From a virus (Duplodnaviria; Caudoviricetes): a stretch of DNA of 64,000 nucleotides. Positions 39,813-49,885 of the stretch are shown one piece after another (the first letter of the stretch is position 1; every line of letters starts with the position of its first letter). The DNA is taken from positions 96,001-160,000 of the IMG/VR virus record IMGVR_UViG_3300029305_003510. The stretch is one strand, 5' to 3'. A program made the translations under genes and the position numbers. The notes beneath the pieces are model-generated. The model ran no database searches, had not been told where the DNA came from, and saw only the letters and a program-made list of their open reading frames with translations.

Positions 39813-40103
39813 ATGTTCAAGACGCACAAGAGTAAGATTCTGACCAATGAAGAAAATGAGGTTATGTGGCACCTGAGTGAAGCTCAGAAGATCTTCGCAC
39901 AATGCTGTGCCGATGAACCTCAGGATCCGGCTGATACATACAATTTTGGTCACTATCTCGATGCAGCAAGAAACGCTGTTATCATGCGGGGTGCTAGGAG
40001 GCTTGACCCGGAGCATCTGATTCCTGTTAAGGAGCCTCTTGTTTCGCATGCTGCTAAGATTCTAGGCGTTTCTTCTGGAGGTACATATAAGGAGGATAAA
40101 TAA
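39813..40103 (+). CDS. Hypothetical protein
   Basis: SD AAGGAG; stop-start coupled to the next gene. Confidence 0.65.
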   Translation: MFKTHKSKILTNEENEVMWHLSEAQKIFAQCCADEPQDPADTYNFGHYLDAARNAVIMRGARRLDPEHLIPVKEPLVSHAAKILGVSSGGTYKEDK

Positions 40104-40852
40104 TGACGCCTCTTCGTAAGGAACTTGAAGGAAAAATCTATGAGTTAATGGATGATATGGACCCTTCCGGTAAAAATACCGAGCGCATGCGTGGTTATTT
40201 CAATACCATGGATGATATCAGTTTCTATAAGTTCATGGATGAATTCTTTGATAACCCTGATAAGAATTTCCCTGTTGCATATGAACCATATAATCATCCA
40301 GTAACATTGGATTTCGTTCATAAGGTTGCTAAGAAAAGAGGCGTTCCTATTTATGAACGCGTATTCCGTCCTTATGTTACTGGTGATGTAGACAATCCTC
40401 CCGGTACTGTACATCCAATCATGGTTTTGGATGTTCCGGTAAAGCGCTTGAAGCAGATGGCTTTCAGTAAAAACCATACTTCTACCGCTGCTGCTAAACG
40501 AGATCCAAGAACTGGACAGGTTTCTGGCGAAGATAGAACCGCTCGTATTACCGACGTCGAGGCTTTCTCTCTGCTGGTTCAGGGACAGTATAATTCTGCA
40601 CAAGAGTTTTATGGTCCTATGGCTGATGATACAGAGGCGCATTATGAAATGTTGAGAGCTATTCAACGAGATGGTGAAGTAGAGCTTCGAGATCTTCCCA
40701 ATGATCCTGCAAATAAGGTGACATTGAATACGATCAATGCTTTCATGATCGGTTCTGGTCTGATGTCCAATTTGGTTGATGAAACCGGATATGTTCTTCC
40801 GATTACCGCAAAGGGTCGTGAAGATAGATCTTCTACAATTAAACGTGATTAA
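40103..40852 (+). CDS. Divergent RNA polymerase beta C-terminal fragment (probable virion RNAP)
   Basis: KRLKQM...RDPRTGQVSG...ARITDVE...ADD resembles the beta C-terminal KL.H..R...QP..G...R.GEME..SDD region. Confidence 0.7.
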   Translation: MTPLRKELEGKIYELMDDMDPSGKNTERMRGYFNTMDDISFYKFMDEFFDNPDKNFPVAYEPYNHPVTLDFVHKVAKKRGVPIYERVFRPYVTGDVDNPPGTVHPIMVLDVPVKRLKQMAFSKNHTSTAAAKRDPRTGQVSGEDRTARITDVEAFSLLVQGQYNSAQEFYGPMADDTEAHYEMLRAIQRDGEVELRDLPNDPANKVTLNTINAFMIGSGLMSNLVDETGYVLPITAKGREDRSSTIKRD

Positions 40853-40865
40853 GGAGGATATAATC

Positions 40866-41018
40866 ATGTGTGACACCAAAGAAAATAAAACTCCTGAACA
40901 GCTTAGAGCTGAAATGATTCAGAAGATGCAGGAGCAGGGCGCAACTCCTCAGCATCTGTGTGAAGTGGCTACGCCCGGTGTTATCAGAAATGTCAAATCT
41001 GAAGACATCGATCACTAA
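40866..41018 (+). CDS. Small hypothetical protein
   Basis: SD AAGGAGG; 50 aa; followed by a hairpin at 41026-41060. Confidence 0.6.
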   Translation: MCDTKENKTPEQLRAEMIQKMQEQGATPQHLCEVATPGVIRNVKSEDIDH

Positions 41019-41146
41019 ATTAATCATTAGGCCCTGGTAACCATTCCAGGGCCTAATTATTTCCGATAGCGTCCTGAGAGTGAGGTGAGAGCGGGTATAT
41101 ATTATACTTGTGAAATAAAAACTCAACTCAAGGAGGATTTTTACAA

Positions 41147-42001
41147 ATGACAACGAAACGATATAGGGTAGGATTAGACATCCGGACATATACACGGAAA
41201 TTAATCAAATCATGTCTGGTATGCATTATCTCAACCGCAACAATTATGCTGATTGGTTTTGGGCTTTTATATGGCCCGTCAATTAGTGCGATGAAGGATA
41301 GTCATGCTGATGAGATTATCCGATTAACAGAAGAGCATCAGCAGGAAATTGATCAGTTAAATATTACCTATAATAAAGAGCTCGATGAACAAAAAGCCGC
41401 TCTTGATAAAAGGTATATAGATGATACAGCTATGTTGACTGCTGAGATTGATACATTAAGTACAAATCTAGCATCAACGCAGATGTCTCTTGATCGAATA
41501 AAAGCCAATTCTGAAGAAGATTTCAACTTATTGAGAAAATACTGGTATGTGTTTGAGCGTACTGGTGATAATTCTGGTTTGACTACAGATGTTATCCGAC
41601 ATGTAGATCAAACCTGTAAAGAATGGGATGTAAACCCACATTGGATGTGGGCTATTTATTGGGAAGAGTCTAATTTCCGTGCAGCCATTGATAATACTGC
41701 TGGTTCTGGTGCACGAGGATTAGGCCAAGTGATGCCCTCTACGGGCAAATCTTTCTGGGAAAATATTTTGGGTCACGGTGCAGGTAGTTTCACGACCGAC
41801 ATGTTGTACGATCCCTACGTCAACGTGGATATCACTGTGGCGATCATTGGACGGCACCTTTCGAACGGCTGGACAATGTATCAGGCAATTAATCAGTATT
41901 CCGGTGGCGGTGGTAACGGATACTTCAATGAAGTATTGGCCACCGGAAAGACTCATGGTGTTACGTTGGATGACTCCAACTGGCATTATCCAAAAGAGTA
42001 A
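41147..42001 (+). CDS. Membrane-anchored lytic transglycosylase (SLT family)
   Basis: N-terminal TM, coiled coil, AIYWEESNF and GARGLGQVMPST, LYDP..N motifs. Confidence 0.85.
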   Translation: MTTKRYRVGLDIRTYTRKLIKSCLVCIISTATIMLIGFGLLYGPSISAMKDSHADEIIRLTEEHQQEIDQLNITYNKELDEQKAALDKRYIDDTAMLTAEIDTLSTNLASTQMSLDRIKANSEEDFNLLRKYWYVFERTGDNSGLTTDVIRHVDQTCKEWDVNPHWMWAIYWEESNFRAAIDNTAGSGARGLGQVMPSTGKSFWENILGHGAGSFTTDMLYDPYVNVDITVAIIGRHLSNGWTMYQAINQYSGGGGNGYFNEVLATGKTHGVTLDDSNWHYPKE

Positions 42002-42023
42002 ATAAAGAAAAGGAGAAAAGAAG

Positions 42024-42710
42024 ATGCACAACGAGTTTAGAATCAATTACATATGTCCGGAGTGTCTGTATCATGAACAGTTGATCATGCAGATCACCGG
42101 CAAGTCGTCTCTGGAATTCAATCCCGGTATTACTACAAGAGCAACCTGTACACAGTGTGGCACTGTGATGCTTCATGTGGATGAAGGTCTCTATAATGCG
42201 ATCCAGAAGCTTCTGGAAAAGAAATACTATATTTTTGAACACTGCAGTCAGAACGAAGGTGTAGTGCACCATTGTTCTGAATGCGAAAGCGATTCTACTG
42301 TAAGCGGACCGTTCATTGTATTCGGTCCTGTCTTTAAGAAGGAACGCGAGCTGTTTAATCGCATTATGGAATCTCCTGATCGTTGGATTACTTGTAACAC
42401 ACTCGATTCAATGTTCGATGAAAATGGTGAGCATGTCTCCACTGGGTATACTTTTGGCGACAATAATACCATCTCGTTGATGACTCGTATCGAGAAAGAG
42501 TCTGATAGAAGAACACAGCTCTGCGATGTAGCTTGCGCTGCTATCAGCGATATCATTAAAGCGTTCACTAATGACGTTGATACTAATAACCCTAAACGCC
42601 GATCTAGCACCAGTATTAAAGATCGCGCATCTATGGGGCTTCGGCATCGTTATATCCAGAGCATTAAATATTTTGACTCTGATATGATGAAACAGTATCA
42701 AGGAGAATAG
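42024..42710 (+). CDS. Hypothetical Cys-containing protein
   Basis: CPEC, CTQC, CSEC; SD AAAGGAG. Confidence 0.7.
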   Translation: MHNEFRINYICPECLYHEQLIMQITGKSSLEFNPGITTRATCTQCGTVMLHVDEGLYNAIQKLLEKKYYIFEHCSQNEGVVHHCSECESDSTVSGPFIVFGPVFKKERELFNRIMESPDRWITCNTLDSMFDENGEHVSTGYTFGDNNTISLMTRIEKESDRRTQLCDVACAAISDIIKAFTNDVDTNNPKRRSSTSIKDRASMGLRHRYIQSIKYFDSDMMKQYQGE

Positions 42711-42783
42711 TTCCCCGTTCTTTTCCGCAAAAAAGCGGTTGATATAGTTTTCAAAATACCACATAAGAAAGGACGTATTAACT

Positions 42784-43971
42784 ATGGCAAATATGACTGA
42801 TCAGGAGCTTCGTGATCTGATGCCCAAAGAAGCTCCATCCAAAGAGGATGCTCGTAATAAGAATTCCGAGGAGATCATCCCCACGACTACGCGTCGATTA
42901 ATGATCATCGGATGCGGTGATGGCGGATGCAACATTGCTACCACGATTGCTCGTAAGATTCCTGACGAATCCTTCGTCATCGCTTATAATACCAGCACTC
43001 GCAACGTGGATGATATCGTTGCTGATATGCATATTTTCCCTGTTGCCGAGGATGGTTCTGGTAAGGAGCGTGACTATTCCAAGAACGTCTTTAAGCAGAA
43101 TGCTTTCAAGAAGTTGCTGGATAAGGTACAGGAGATTCTGGCTGAACTGGCGGATATTGCCTATATTCTCATTTGTACCACTACCGATGGTGGTACTGGT
43201 TCCGGTATTTCTCCTATGGCAGCAAAGCTCCTGTCTGATAACACCGATGTACCTGTTATTCTGATGGGTGTATATCCCTCTATGGACGAGGACGCTACTT
43301 CTCAGTATAATGCACTTCAGTGGCAGAGTGAGGTTGATAAGATCCAGCTTCCTTATTTCATTCTGGATAACAATCAACCTGGTATGCGTAAGCCTCTTGT
43401 CCATGAGGCCGTTAATAACCAGGCTGCACTGATCGCTTCTCTGCTGGCTGGTAAGGAGTTTGGTAATTCCAATATCAGCATCATTGATAATCGCAATCTC
43501 TATATGTTGCTGGTTCAGCTGGGCGGTCGTCTGATTGCTGGTGTTGAGACTGCTCGTCCTACTGCTAGTCAAAGTCTGGATGAGTATGTTATGAACATTC
43601 TCCAGAATGACTATCAACCCGATCCTGTTGGTACCAGAGGCATCGGTATCTTCGTTCGCGGCCCCAAGGATATGCTGGATAAAATGGACACTTCTCTCCC
43701 CGAGGTACAGAAGAAGTACGGTAATGCGGTTCTGCATTTTGCGCACATCGAGGAGGATCCTTCTCCGAAGATTGCCATCCTCATGACCGGCAATGCTGAG
43801 AATTCTCAGCGTATCACGGAGATGAAGGTTCGATACGATGACATTATGCAGGCTTTGAAGAATCGCACTTCTGTGCTCGGTGATGTTCTGTCCAGCACTT
43901 CAAATCCGATCGGTAATACCTTTAAGAAGAAGCCGAATTCCGAAATGGACACCTCTGCTTTGGAGCTGTAA
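42784..43971 (+). CDS. Tubulin/FtsZ-family GTPase (PhuZ/TubZ-like)
   Basis: IIGCGDGGCNIA, DGSGK, DGGTGSG signature, LDN. Confidence 0.88.
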   Translation: MANMTDQELRDLMPKEAPSKEDARNKNSEEIIPTTTRRLMIIGCGDGGCNIATTIARKIPDESFVIAYNTSTRNVDDIVADMHIFPVAEDGSGKERDYSKNVFKQNAFKKLLDKVQEILAELADIAYILICTTTDGGTGSGISPMAAKLLSDNTDVPVILMGVYPSMDEDATSQYNALQWQSEVDKIQLPYFILDNNQPGMRKPLVHEAVNNQAALIASLLAGKEFGNSNISIIDNRNLYMLLVQLGGRLIAGVETARPTASQSLDEYVMNILQNDYQPDPVGTRGIGIFVRGPKDMLDKMDTSLPEVQKKYGNAVLHFAHIEEDPSPKIAILMTGNAENSQRITEMKVRYDDIMQALKNRTSVLGDVLSSTSNPIGNTFKKKPNSEMDTSALEL

Positions 43972-43990
43972 TAGTTCTAGTAGAGATGAA

Positions 43991-44030
43991 AGAGAGGCGG
44001 GAAATTTCCCGCCTCTTCTTTTTACTTCTT
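43991..44030 (+). terminator. Intrinsic terminator
   Basis: AGAGGCGGGAA..TTCCCGCCTCT plus T-tract. Confidence 0.8.
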
Positions 44031-44089
44031 TATTTAATTATCAATGAATATGAATATAATCCCAAAATAAATGTAGGAGGCTACAATAT

Positions 44090-45346
44090 ATGGCACGTAA
44101 TAAAAATGTGGTGAAGGGTCGCACCAAAGCAAATAAAATGATCGATCTGACTAAGAACAAAACGTCTACTCCTGTCACGCGTTATGTCGGAACCATTAAA
44201 ACTGATATGGTCCGAATTATGAAGCATTCCAACATTCCCGTGCTAATGGAAATGGCCAAGGATAGTGAGGTTCTCCAGAATTATTTCCTGAACCGTAGAC
44301 TGAATAGCACATTACTCGGCGAGAATATTACACTGATGGATCGTGCTCTCCGTACTGCGATTTCTAATACGATCGTCAACGATCTTAAGGATGCAATGAA
44401 GAATAAGAATTCTTGCTATCCTGGTATCTGGAATGATCACAATTTATTCAGCCTGGTCTATAGTTTGGTGAATATTACTATGATGGCTGATGCACCTGAG
44501 AAGGGTCATTTCCTGACTGTATGTTCTCCCAATAATATTCCTACTGATGCTGAGAAGATTAATGGTCTTCCTTCCAGTATCTGTATTCCTTTCACGGAGT
44601 ATAACCCTAATCGTCTGTTCCAGCTCTGCATTGTTTTGCAGAATACCGCGCTGAATATGATCGTAGAGACTGCATCCAGAGATGTACCTTCTGCGCTGAT
44701 GAATGCAGCGACTGATTCCGTGACAATTCGTATGGCTAAGGAGTTTGGCCGAGTTCTGGTTTCTGTTATGGACGAAAAGGGTTGGCTTGCTGATGATATG
44801 GAACTTTCCGGAGAGATTTCTGACCAGGCTACTGCTTTTATCGAGGTTATCGAACAGCCTCTGATTGGTTATCTGATGGGCCTTCTGTCTACTAGCGGTC
44901 TGTCCAATGCGGTGATCAATGAAATGTTCCGTCATAGTACGGCCAACGCATTCTATGAGATTGCTGATGAGGATTTCACCACCCAGTTTATTACTTCTGG
45001 TAATATGATCCGTTATGCTCTGTCTCATAAGACTGAAGAGGAATCTTTGAAGTTCGGCATCGGGTTCATCTGTGATGTCCATGACCTCTACACTGTCGCT
45101 AAGTGGACCAAGGATGGCGGCACTATTATGGATAAGAAGATTCTGAATCAGCTTGGCAGTGCACTGAAGGCTTTCTTTGATGACGCAGTTCGTTACTGTA
45201 TTAATATTCATCTGATTCACGATGACGCAGTACCCAATACATCCCTGAATAACAATGAAGATGTTCCTGAGAATGATATTGAGGTCTCTGAAGATTCTGT
45301 CGAATCTACTAATGAAGAGAGCAACGAAATGGTTGAACAGGAGTAA
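44090..45346 (+). CDS. Hypothetical protein with acidic tail
   Basis: 418 aa, SD AGGAGG. Confidence 0.8.
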   Translation: MARNKNVVKGRTKANKMIDLTKNKTSTPVTRYVGTIKTDMVRIMKHSNIPVLMEMAKDSEVLQNYFLNRRLNSTLLGENITLMDRALRTAISNTIVNDLKDAMKNKNSCYPGIWNDHNLFSLVYSLVNITMMADAPEKGHFLTVCSPNNIPTDAEKINGLPSSICIPFTEYNPNRLFQLCIVLQNTALNMIVETASRDVPSALMNAATDSVTIRMAKEFGRVLVSVMDEKGWLADDMELSGEISDQATAFIEVIEQPLIGYLMGLLSTSGLSNAVINEMFRHSTANAFYEIADEDFTTQFITSGNMIRYALSHKTEEESLKFGIGFICDVHDLYTVAKWTKDGGTIMDKKILNQLGSALKAFFDDAVRYCINIHLIHDDAVPNTSLNNNEDVPENDIEVSEDSVESTNEESNEMVEQE

Positions 45347-45477
45347 TCTTCCGTGTCTTGTTGGAAGTGATTTTGTCTATATATTATAGACAGGATCATG
45401 GAAAATAGATGATCACAAAATTCAGGGATGACGCACCAGAATCCCTAATACTAAAGACAAGGAAGGTGAAATCGTTC

Positions 45478-46404
45478 ATGAGCAAAAATAAGAACAATGG
45501 CAAGTTCTCGAACCGTGCTGCTCGACGGTTCAACGATCTGGCGAAGATCGACACAATGGATCAGAGCGAGATATTTGAAATCCTCACTGAGGATATGGAT
45601 ATCATGCTCGATCAGGTGACTGCGTTCCGTGATCATAAGCCGAACTCTCCGTACCCGCAGTATATCGGGAACGCATTTGCAAACCTGTCCACTCCTCTGT
45701 TCTTCTCGGAGTATGTGGATGAACATGTCAAGGTTAAGAAGAAAGGTAAGAAGGTTAAGACAGATCTTGATGAGGCTAAGATCGAGTCCCTGCGGGCTAT
45801 TATCTCTGACGCCTATAAGAAGTCTGCTACAAACTTTTATGCCAATCAGCTTCAGGAGTTTACGGAGAGAAATGAGCTCCTGAGTAAGACATTCATGAAA
45901 CTGTATCCGGAGGTATATCGGAAGACCAAGAAGTTTGATGGTCTGTCCAAGAGCCAGCGGAGAGATCTGACGATTCAGATCTATGGTGATCCTGCATATA
46001 ATATGCGGTTTATCCATAAGCTGATTAATCAGAGTACGCTGACGGATAAGAAGAAGCTCAAGCTTCTCTGTGAACTCTATGGGAAGAAGCGTTTCGTGAA
46101 AGCGGTCGGTGCTGCAATGATCGTCGAAGGTAATAATTCTGATTGCCTGGCTATGCTCTTTGAATATATGCAGGGACTGAAGAAGAAGAAGCGTGCGAAG
46201 TATCTGAAAGCCTATGCTGATGCTTATAAGAAGGCTAAGACTAAATACTTCAGAATCGACAAGAATTTCTATGATGAAAATAAACGGATCATCAAGGAGC
46301 TCGGTCGTCTGGATATTGGTTATAAGAAGGCTTTTAAGGATCTCAAGGGTGGAAAGAGTACCAAGAAGCGTGACGATCAGCGCAACAAGGATCGCAAGTT
46401 CTAA
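45478..46404 (+). CDS. Basic Lys-rich hypothetical protein
   Basis: SD AAGGAAGGTG; early-type promoter at 45378; hairpin at 46411-46449. Confidence 0.8.
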   Translation: MSKNKNNGKFSNRAARRFNDLAKIDTMDQSEIFEILTEDMDIMLDQVTAFRDHKPNSPYPQYIGNAFANLSTPLFFSEYVDEHVKVKKKGKKVKTDLDEAKIESLRAIISDAYKKSATNFYANQLQEFTERNELLSKTFMKLYPEVYRKTKKFDGLSKSQRRDLTIQIYGDPAYNMRFIHKLINQSTLTDKKKLKLLCELYGKKRFVKAVGAAMIVEGNNSDCLAMLFEYMQGLKKKKRAKYLKAYADAYKKAKTKYFRIDKNFYDENKRIIKELGRLDIGYKKAFKDLKGGKSTKKRDDQRNKDRKF

Positions 46405-46492
46405 CCAGGGATTGAGGGTGAGTGGGCTCCGGCTCACTCACCCAATTTCTCTCAAAGACTGTTATTTTACATAAAGAGAAAGAGAGGTTTGT

Positions 46493-47236
46493 ATGAAGTT
46501 CTATAAACTAAGTGATATCAAATGTCCTGAGTGTGGTGTTGATATAATTTTCGGTATAACAACGATGTCTGGTGGTAAGACCGAGGATATGATGGAATCT
46601 GCGGCCAATCCTATTGAAGAAGATATCATGAATAGCATCAATAGCAGTGAAAGTACCGAGTATGTTAATCGCAAACTTCAGTTATATCGGCATAACGTAG
46701 AATATTACATCCGTAAAGTTCTCAGAGATAATCTTGATATTAATCAGGTGCCAGCAGAATTCCGTAAAGATGTACAACAGAAGATTACAGATATGAATCT
46801 CATGACATCTGATATAGAATCTGATGATACTGATGATGAATCAGATACTACAACATCGCCTATGAAGGTATTGAAGTGGTTTGCCATGGGTATATTCATT
46901 ACTATAACTTTATGTGTTCTTATTGTCAGTATTATTGGGACTTTCTTTGGTTCAAATTCTGGTATCAATGTCGGTGAAGATGATCTTGTGGCGATGTTGG
47001 TAGATGAAGTTACCGAAGATACTTTTGAGCTTGTTAAATCTGCAGTGAGCTCTGGCGATAGCTCATATATCATTAAAGATACCTTTGGTACTTTTAAGTT
47101 TATCCGTGCTACTTACAATCTTCCCGATGGTTCTATACTACATGCACGTTTTTATTACAGTGACGTTGAAGGTGATTGGACCTTATCAGAATGGTATCTT
47201 GAATTACCTGCAAGGATTGGTGGTGAGATTGGATGA
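46493..47236 (+). CDS. Hypothetical membrane protein
   Basis: One TM segment (WFAMGIFITITLCVLIVSIIG). Confidence 0.7.
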   Translation: MKFYKLSDIKCPECGVDIIFGITTMSGGKTEDMMESAANPIEEDIMNSINSSESTEYVNRKLQLYRHNVEYYIRKVLRDNLDINQVPAEFRKDVQQKITDMNLMTSDIESDDTDDESDTTTSPMKVLKWFAMGIFITITLCVLIVSIIGTFFGSNSGINVGEDDLVAMLVDEVTEDTFELVKSAVSSGDSSYIIKDTFGTFKFIRATYNLPDGSILHARFYYSDVEGDWTLSEWYLELPARIGGEIG

Positions 47237-47493
47237 ACCTTGAGCGTGATCCAACAATTTCATCTATGAAGATTGTGTTAATTGCGGAGACTATAGCTGT
47301 TGTAGTTCTCACAATTGCTTTATGCGTCGCTATATTTACGATTGTTTGGTTATCTATTGAGTTGGCATTCTATCGATCTTTAGAAGTGGTTAATATTACT
47401 GCTGTAGAACCGAATGATATGGCCGCTGCAGTTATAGAAGCAGAAAAGTATTTTGAGACTATGTTTTATGATATGGAAGTAGTCCATTTTTAA
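47233..47493 (+). CDS. Small membrane protein
   Basis: Long hydrophobic segment; ATGA overlap with the upstream gene. Confidence 0.6.
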   Translation: MNLERDPTISSMKIVLIAETIAVVVLTIALCVAIFTIVWLSIELAFYRSLEVVNITAVEPNDMAAAVIEAEKYFETMFYDMEVVHF

Positions 47494-47550
47494 CTGACAT
47501 CGGAATTAACAAATACATACAAGTTGATTCCAAGGAGGTAAAACTCTATT

Positions 47551-48957
47551 ATGAATGCAGATTTCAAACAATTTCTGAGTGAAAATAACGACAAGAAAAA
47601 TCCTCTCGCCGTTGTTACAAGTATGCCTCAATATCCCACCGGGTATATGTACCTTGACTATGGTGCTGGTAGTTATCTCACTGTGCATGATGACGATGAA
47701 ACGCCACTATATCAGTACCATAATGTCGGTATTACCTGTGGGTCTGTAAATACATTCATTTCTAAGTCCCAGGGTGGTAAAACTTCTTTGGCTATTGCTA
47801 TGGGCGCAGCTATCATCGAACCTTTTGTCACACAGTTCATCTATCAGAAAAGTGTTTCTGATACAGTAACCGAAGCTAAGATGAAGAAAGCGCCTGAGCT
47901 GACAGGTATGCCGTTTATTCACATTCTGGACACTGAGAAGACTCTTCCTGTAGACTATGCAAAGAAAGTCGCGAGATATACCAACAAGCTTACCAGTAAG
48001 CACATTATCATCAATCCTATTACTACGGACAAGGATCTGATGTTAGCTTTGAATAAGCATGTGCAGTTCAAGACTCAGTCGATGGAAAAGATTCCTATGC
48101 CCATGCTGGATATGTTTGGCAAGCCTGTGATGGATTATCCTCCCACGATTTTGATTATTGACTCGATGTCTCAGCTCCTGCTGGAAGATTGTGACGATCC
48201 TTCTTCCATTAAAAAGAAGGATGGTAGTATTCTGGATATCTATAGTTCTGCTACACAAAATACCGCTGGTGCCAGACGTGCTAAGATCATCACTGCATTA
48301 TATTCCCAGTTGGTTAATTATGCTAAGCGATATAATATCATCATCTTTAGCATCAATCACATCAATAAGATGCTACCGGTGAATGGTATTCCCGTTAAGC
48401 AGTATCGTGGTCTCAGAGGTGGCGAAACCATCGGCGGTGGCGAAAAGGCCATCTATCTGACAGCAAACATTCTTCGTCTCGACGTTATCAAGAACGTCAG
48501 TTCTGAGGGGTCTACATCGCTTAATCTTGGTGAAGGTGTCACTGGACATGTAGCGATTGCATCTTGGATTAAATCTAAATCCAATTCTAAGAGCAATAAG
48601 TGTCAGCTTGTATATACCAATCAGGCTGGTTATGATCCACTGCTCTCTAATCTCTGGTTTGGTAAAGAGTGTGGTGATCTGACAAAGAGTGGTAACTTCT
48701 TCTGTCTCAGAGATTATCCTGAATTCAAATTTACGATGAAGAATTATCAGGAAGTATTTGCTGAACATCCTGAAATGTTCAGTGGATATTATGATGAGCT
48801 AAGGGATAAGTGCGCAAAGCTTCTGGACAATCCTGAGTCTGCACGTAAGGCTGATAAGAAACTGATGGATCAGATCCGTGATGATATTCATGACGAATAT
48901 AATAAATCTGATGCAATGGATATGGACGATCTCTTTAGTGAGATGTTCAATGGGTAA
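47551..48957 (+). CDS. RecA/UvsX-like recombinase
   Basis: PTGYMYLD, SKSQGGKTS Walker A, LDTE, IIDS, INHI, GGGEKAIY. Confidence 0.85.
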   Translation: MNADFKQFLSENNDKKNPLAVVTSMPQYPTGYMYLDYGAGSYLTVHDDDETPLYQYHNVGITCGSVNTFISKSQGGKTSLAIAMGAAIIEPFVTQFIYQKSVSDTVTEAKMKKAPELTGMPFIHILDTEKTLPVDYAKKVARYTNKLTSKHIIINPITTDKDLMLALNKHVQFKTQSMEKIPMPMLDMFGKPVMDYPPTILIIDSMSQLLLEDCDDPSSIKKKDGSILDIYSSATQNTAGARRAKIITALYSQLVNYAKRYNIIIFSINHINKMLPVNGIPVKQYRGLRGGETIGGGEKAIYLTANILRLDVIKNVSSEGSTSLNLGEGVTGHVAIASWIKSKSNSKSNKCQLVYTNQAGYDPLLSNLWFGKECGDLTKSGNFFCLRDYPEFKFTMKNYQEVFAEHPEMFSGYYDELRDKCAKLLDNPESARKADKKLMDQIRDDIHDEYNKSDAMDMDDLFSEMFNG

Positions 48958-49069
48958 ATGAAATAAGAGGGAGTCGGTTATAATAAATCGACTCCCTCAG
49001 TTGCTTTACGTAAGTGATAGTTTTTGCTTCATCTATATATTATACATAGGAGAAAGAAGGTGAAGTGAA

Positions 49070-49885
49070 ATGAGATTATTCACATTACAAAGAGCTGTTC
49101 AAATATCCAATGAGATGTTTAGCGAATATGTAGAACCTCTCGGATTATCTATGATGTCCGGAGAAGTCCCTCAGATGATGTTTATGATCCATCAGAGGGA
49201 TAGCAAGTATCAAGACTGGTTAGCTCAAGTTCGTTTCAAGAATACGTTGGCTATATCAGTATTCAAATGTGAGGTTTATCTGGAGGATGTATTTCGTCTC
49301 TGTAGACGATGTAAACTCTGGTTAATTACGGAAGAAATATTCCGCGTAGCGGTGCTATATGCAATGATACACCCACTATATCAGAGTCAGTATCTGGATT
49401 TCACCAGAGATATCAACGCTGACTATGAGTCAATGATGGCCGGTGCCGGAAAAGACACGTATCGGTTCATCAAAAATTTCTATCTGGCGAGAACAGATTA
49501 TGATCCTGTAGAAAAGATTGTATTAGACATCTTTCGATATCATCTGATGATCTATACAAATAAGACCGAACCTGGTTGTGGTGAGGCTTATGAAGATGCA
49601 CTGTTTGCATATCGACAGATCATGTTATTGCAATATAAAGGTGCATATGAAGTAGCTCGATATCGAAAAGCACAGACTTATCTAATAGATGAAGATGGTT
49701 ATATGCTGATGGAGAGAAGAGTTACTGGAAGTACAAACTATACTGTAGATGGCTCAAGAGAGTTTATCGATGAAGTAATCACACCAACTGCTCAGAAACG
49801 AGCATATTCAATTCTTCCGGAGAAAAGACAAGTACGGAAGAAGCCCATAAGCAATGAATACTATTCACTTGAGAGGAGTGATTGA
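49070..49885 (+). CDS. Hypothetical protein upstream of an RNAP subunit
   Basis: 271 aa after the early-type promoter at 49034. Confidence 0.75.
   Translation: MRLFTLQRAVQISNEMFSEYVEPLGLSMMSGEVPQMMFMIHQRDSKYQDWLAQVRFKNTLAISVFKCEVYLEDVFRLCRRCKLWLITEEIFRVAVLYAMIHPLYQSQYLDFTRDINADYESMMAGAGKDTYRFIKNFYLARTDYDPVEKIVLDIFRYHLMIYTNKTEPGCGEAYEDALFAYRQIMLLQYKGAYEVARYRKAQTYLIDEDGYMLMERRVTGSTNYTVDGSREFIDEVITPTAQKRAYSILPEKRQVRKKPISNEYYSLERSD

Noticed and set aside
14270-40810. Weaker matches to the DxDGF motif (HSDGFIGL in 13882, EKDGWIYL in ThyA, AVDGFSYL in 36467, DETGYVLP in 40103)
   Set aside because: Each misses two or more consensus positions and could be an ordinary beta-turn, so none was counted.
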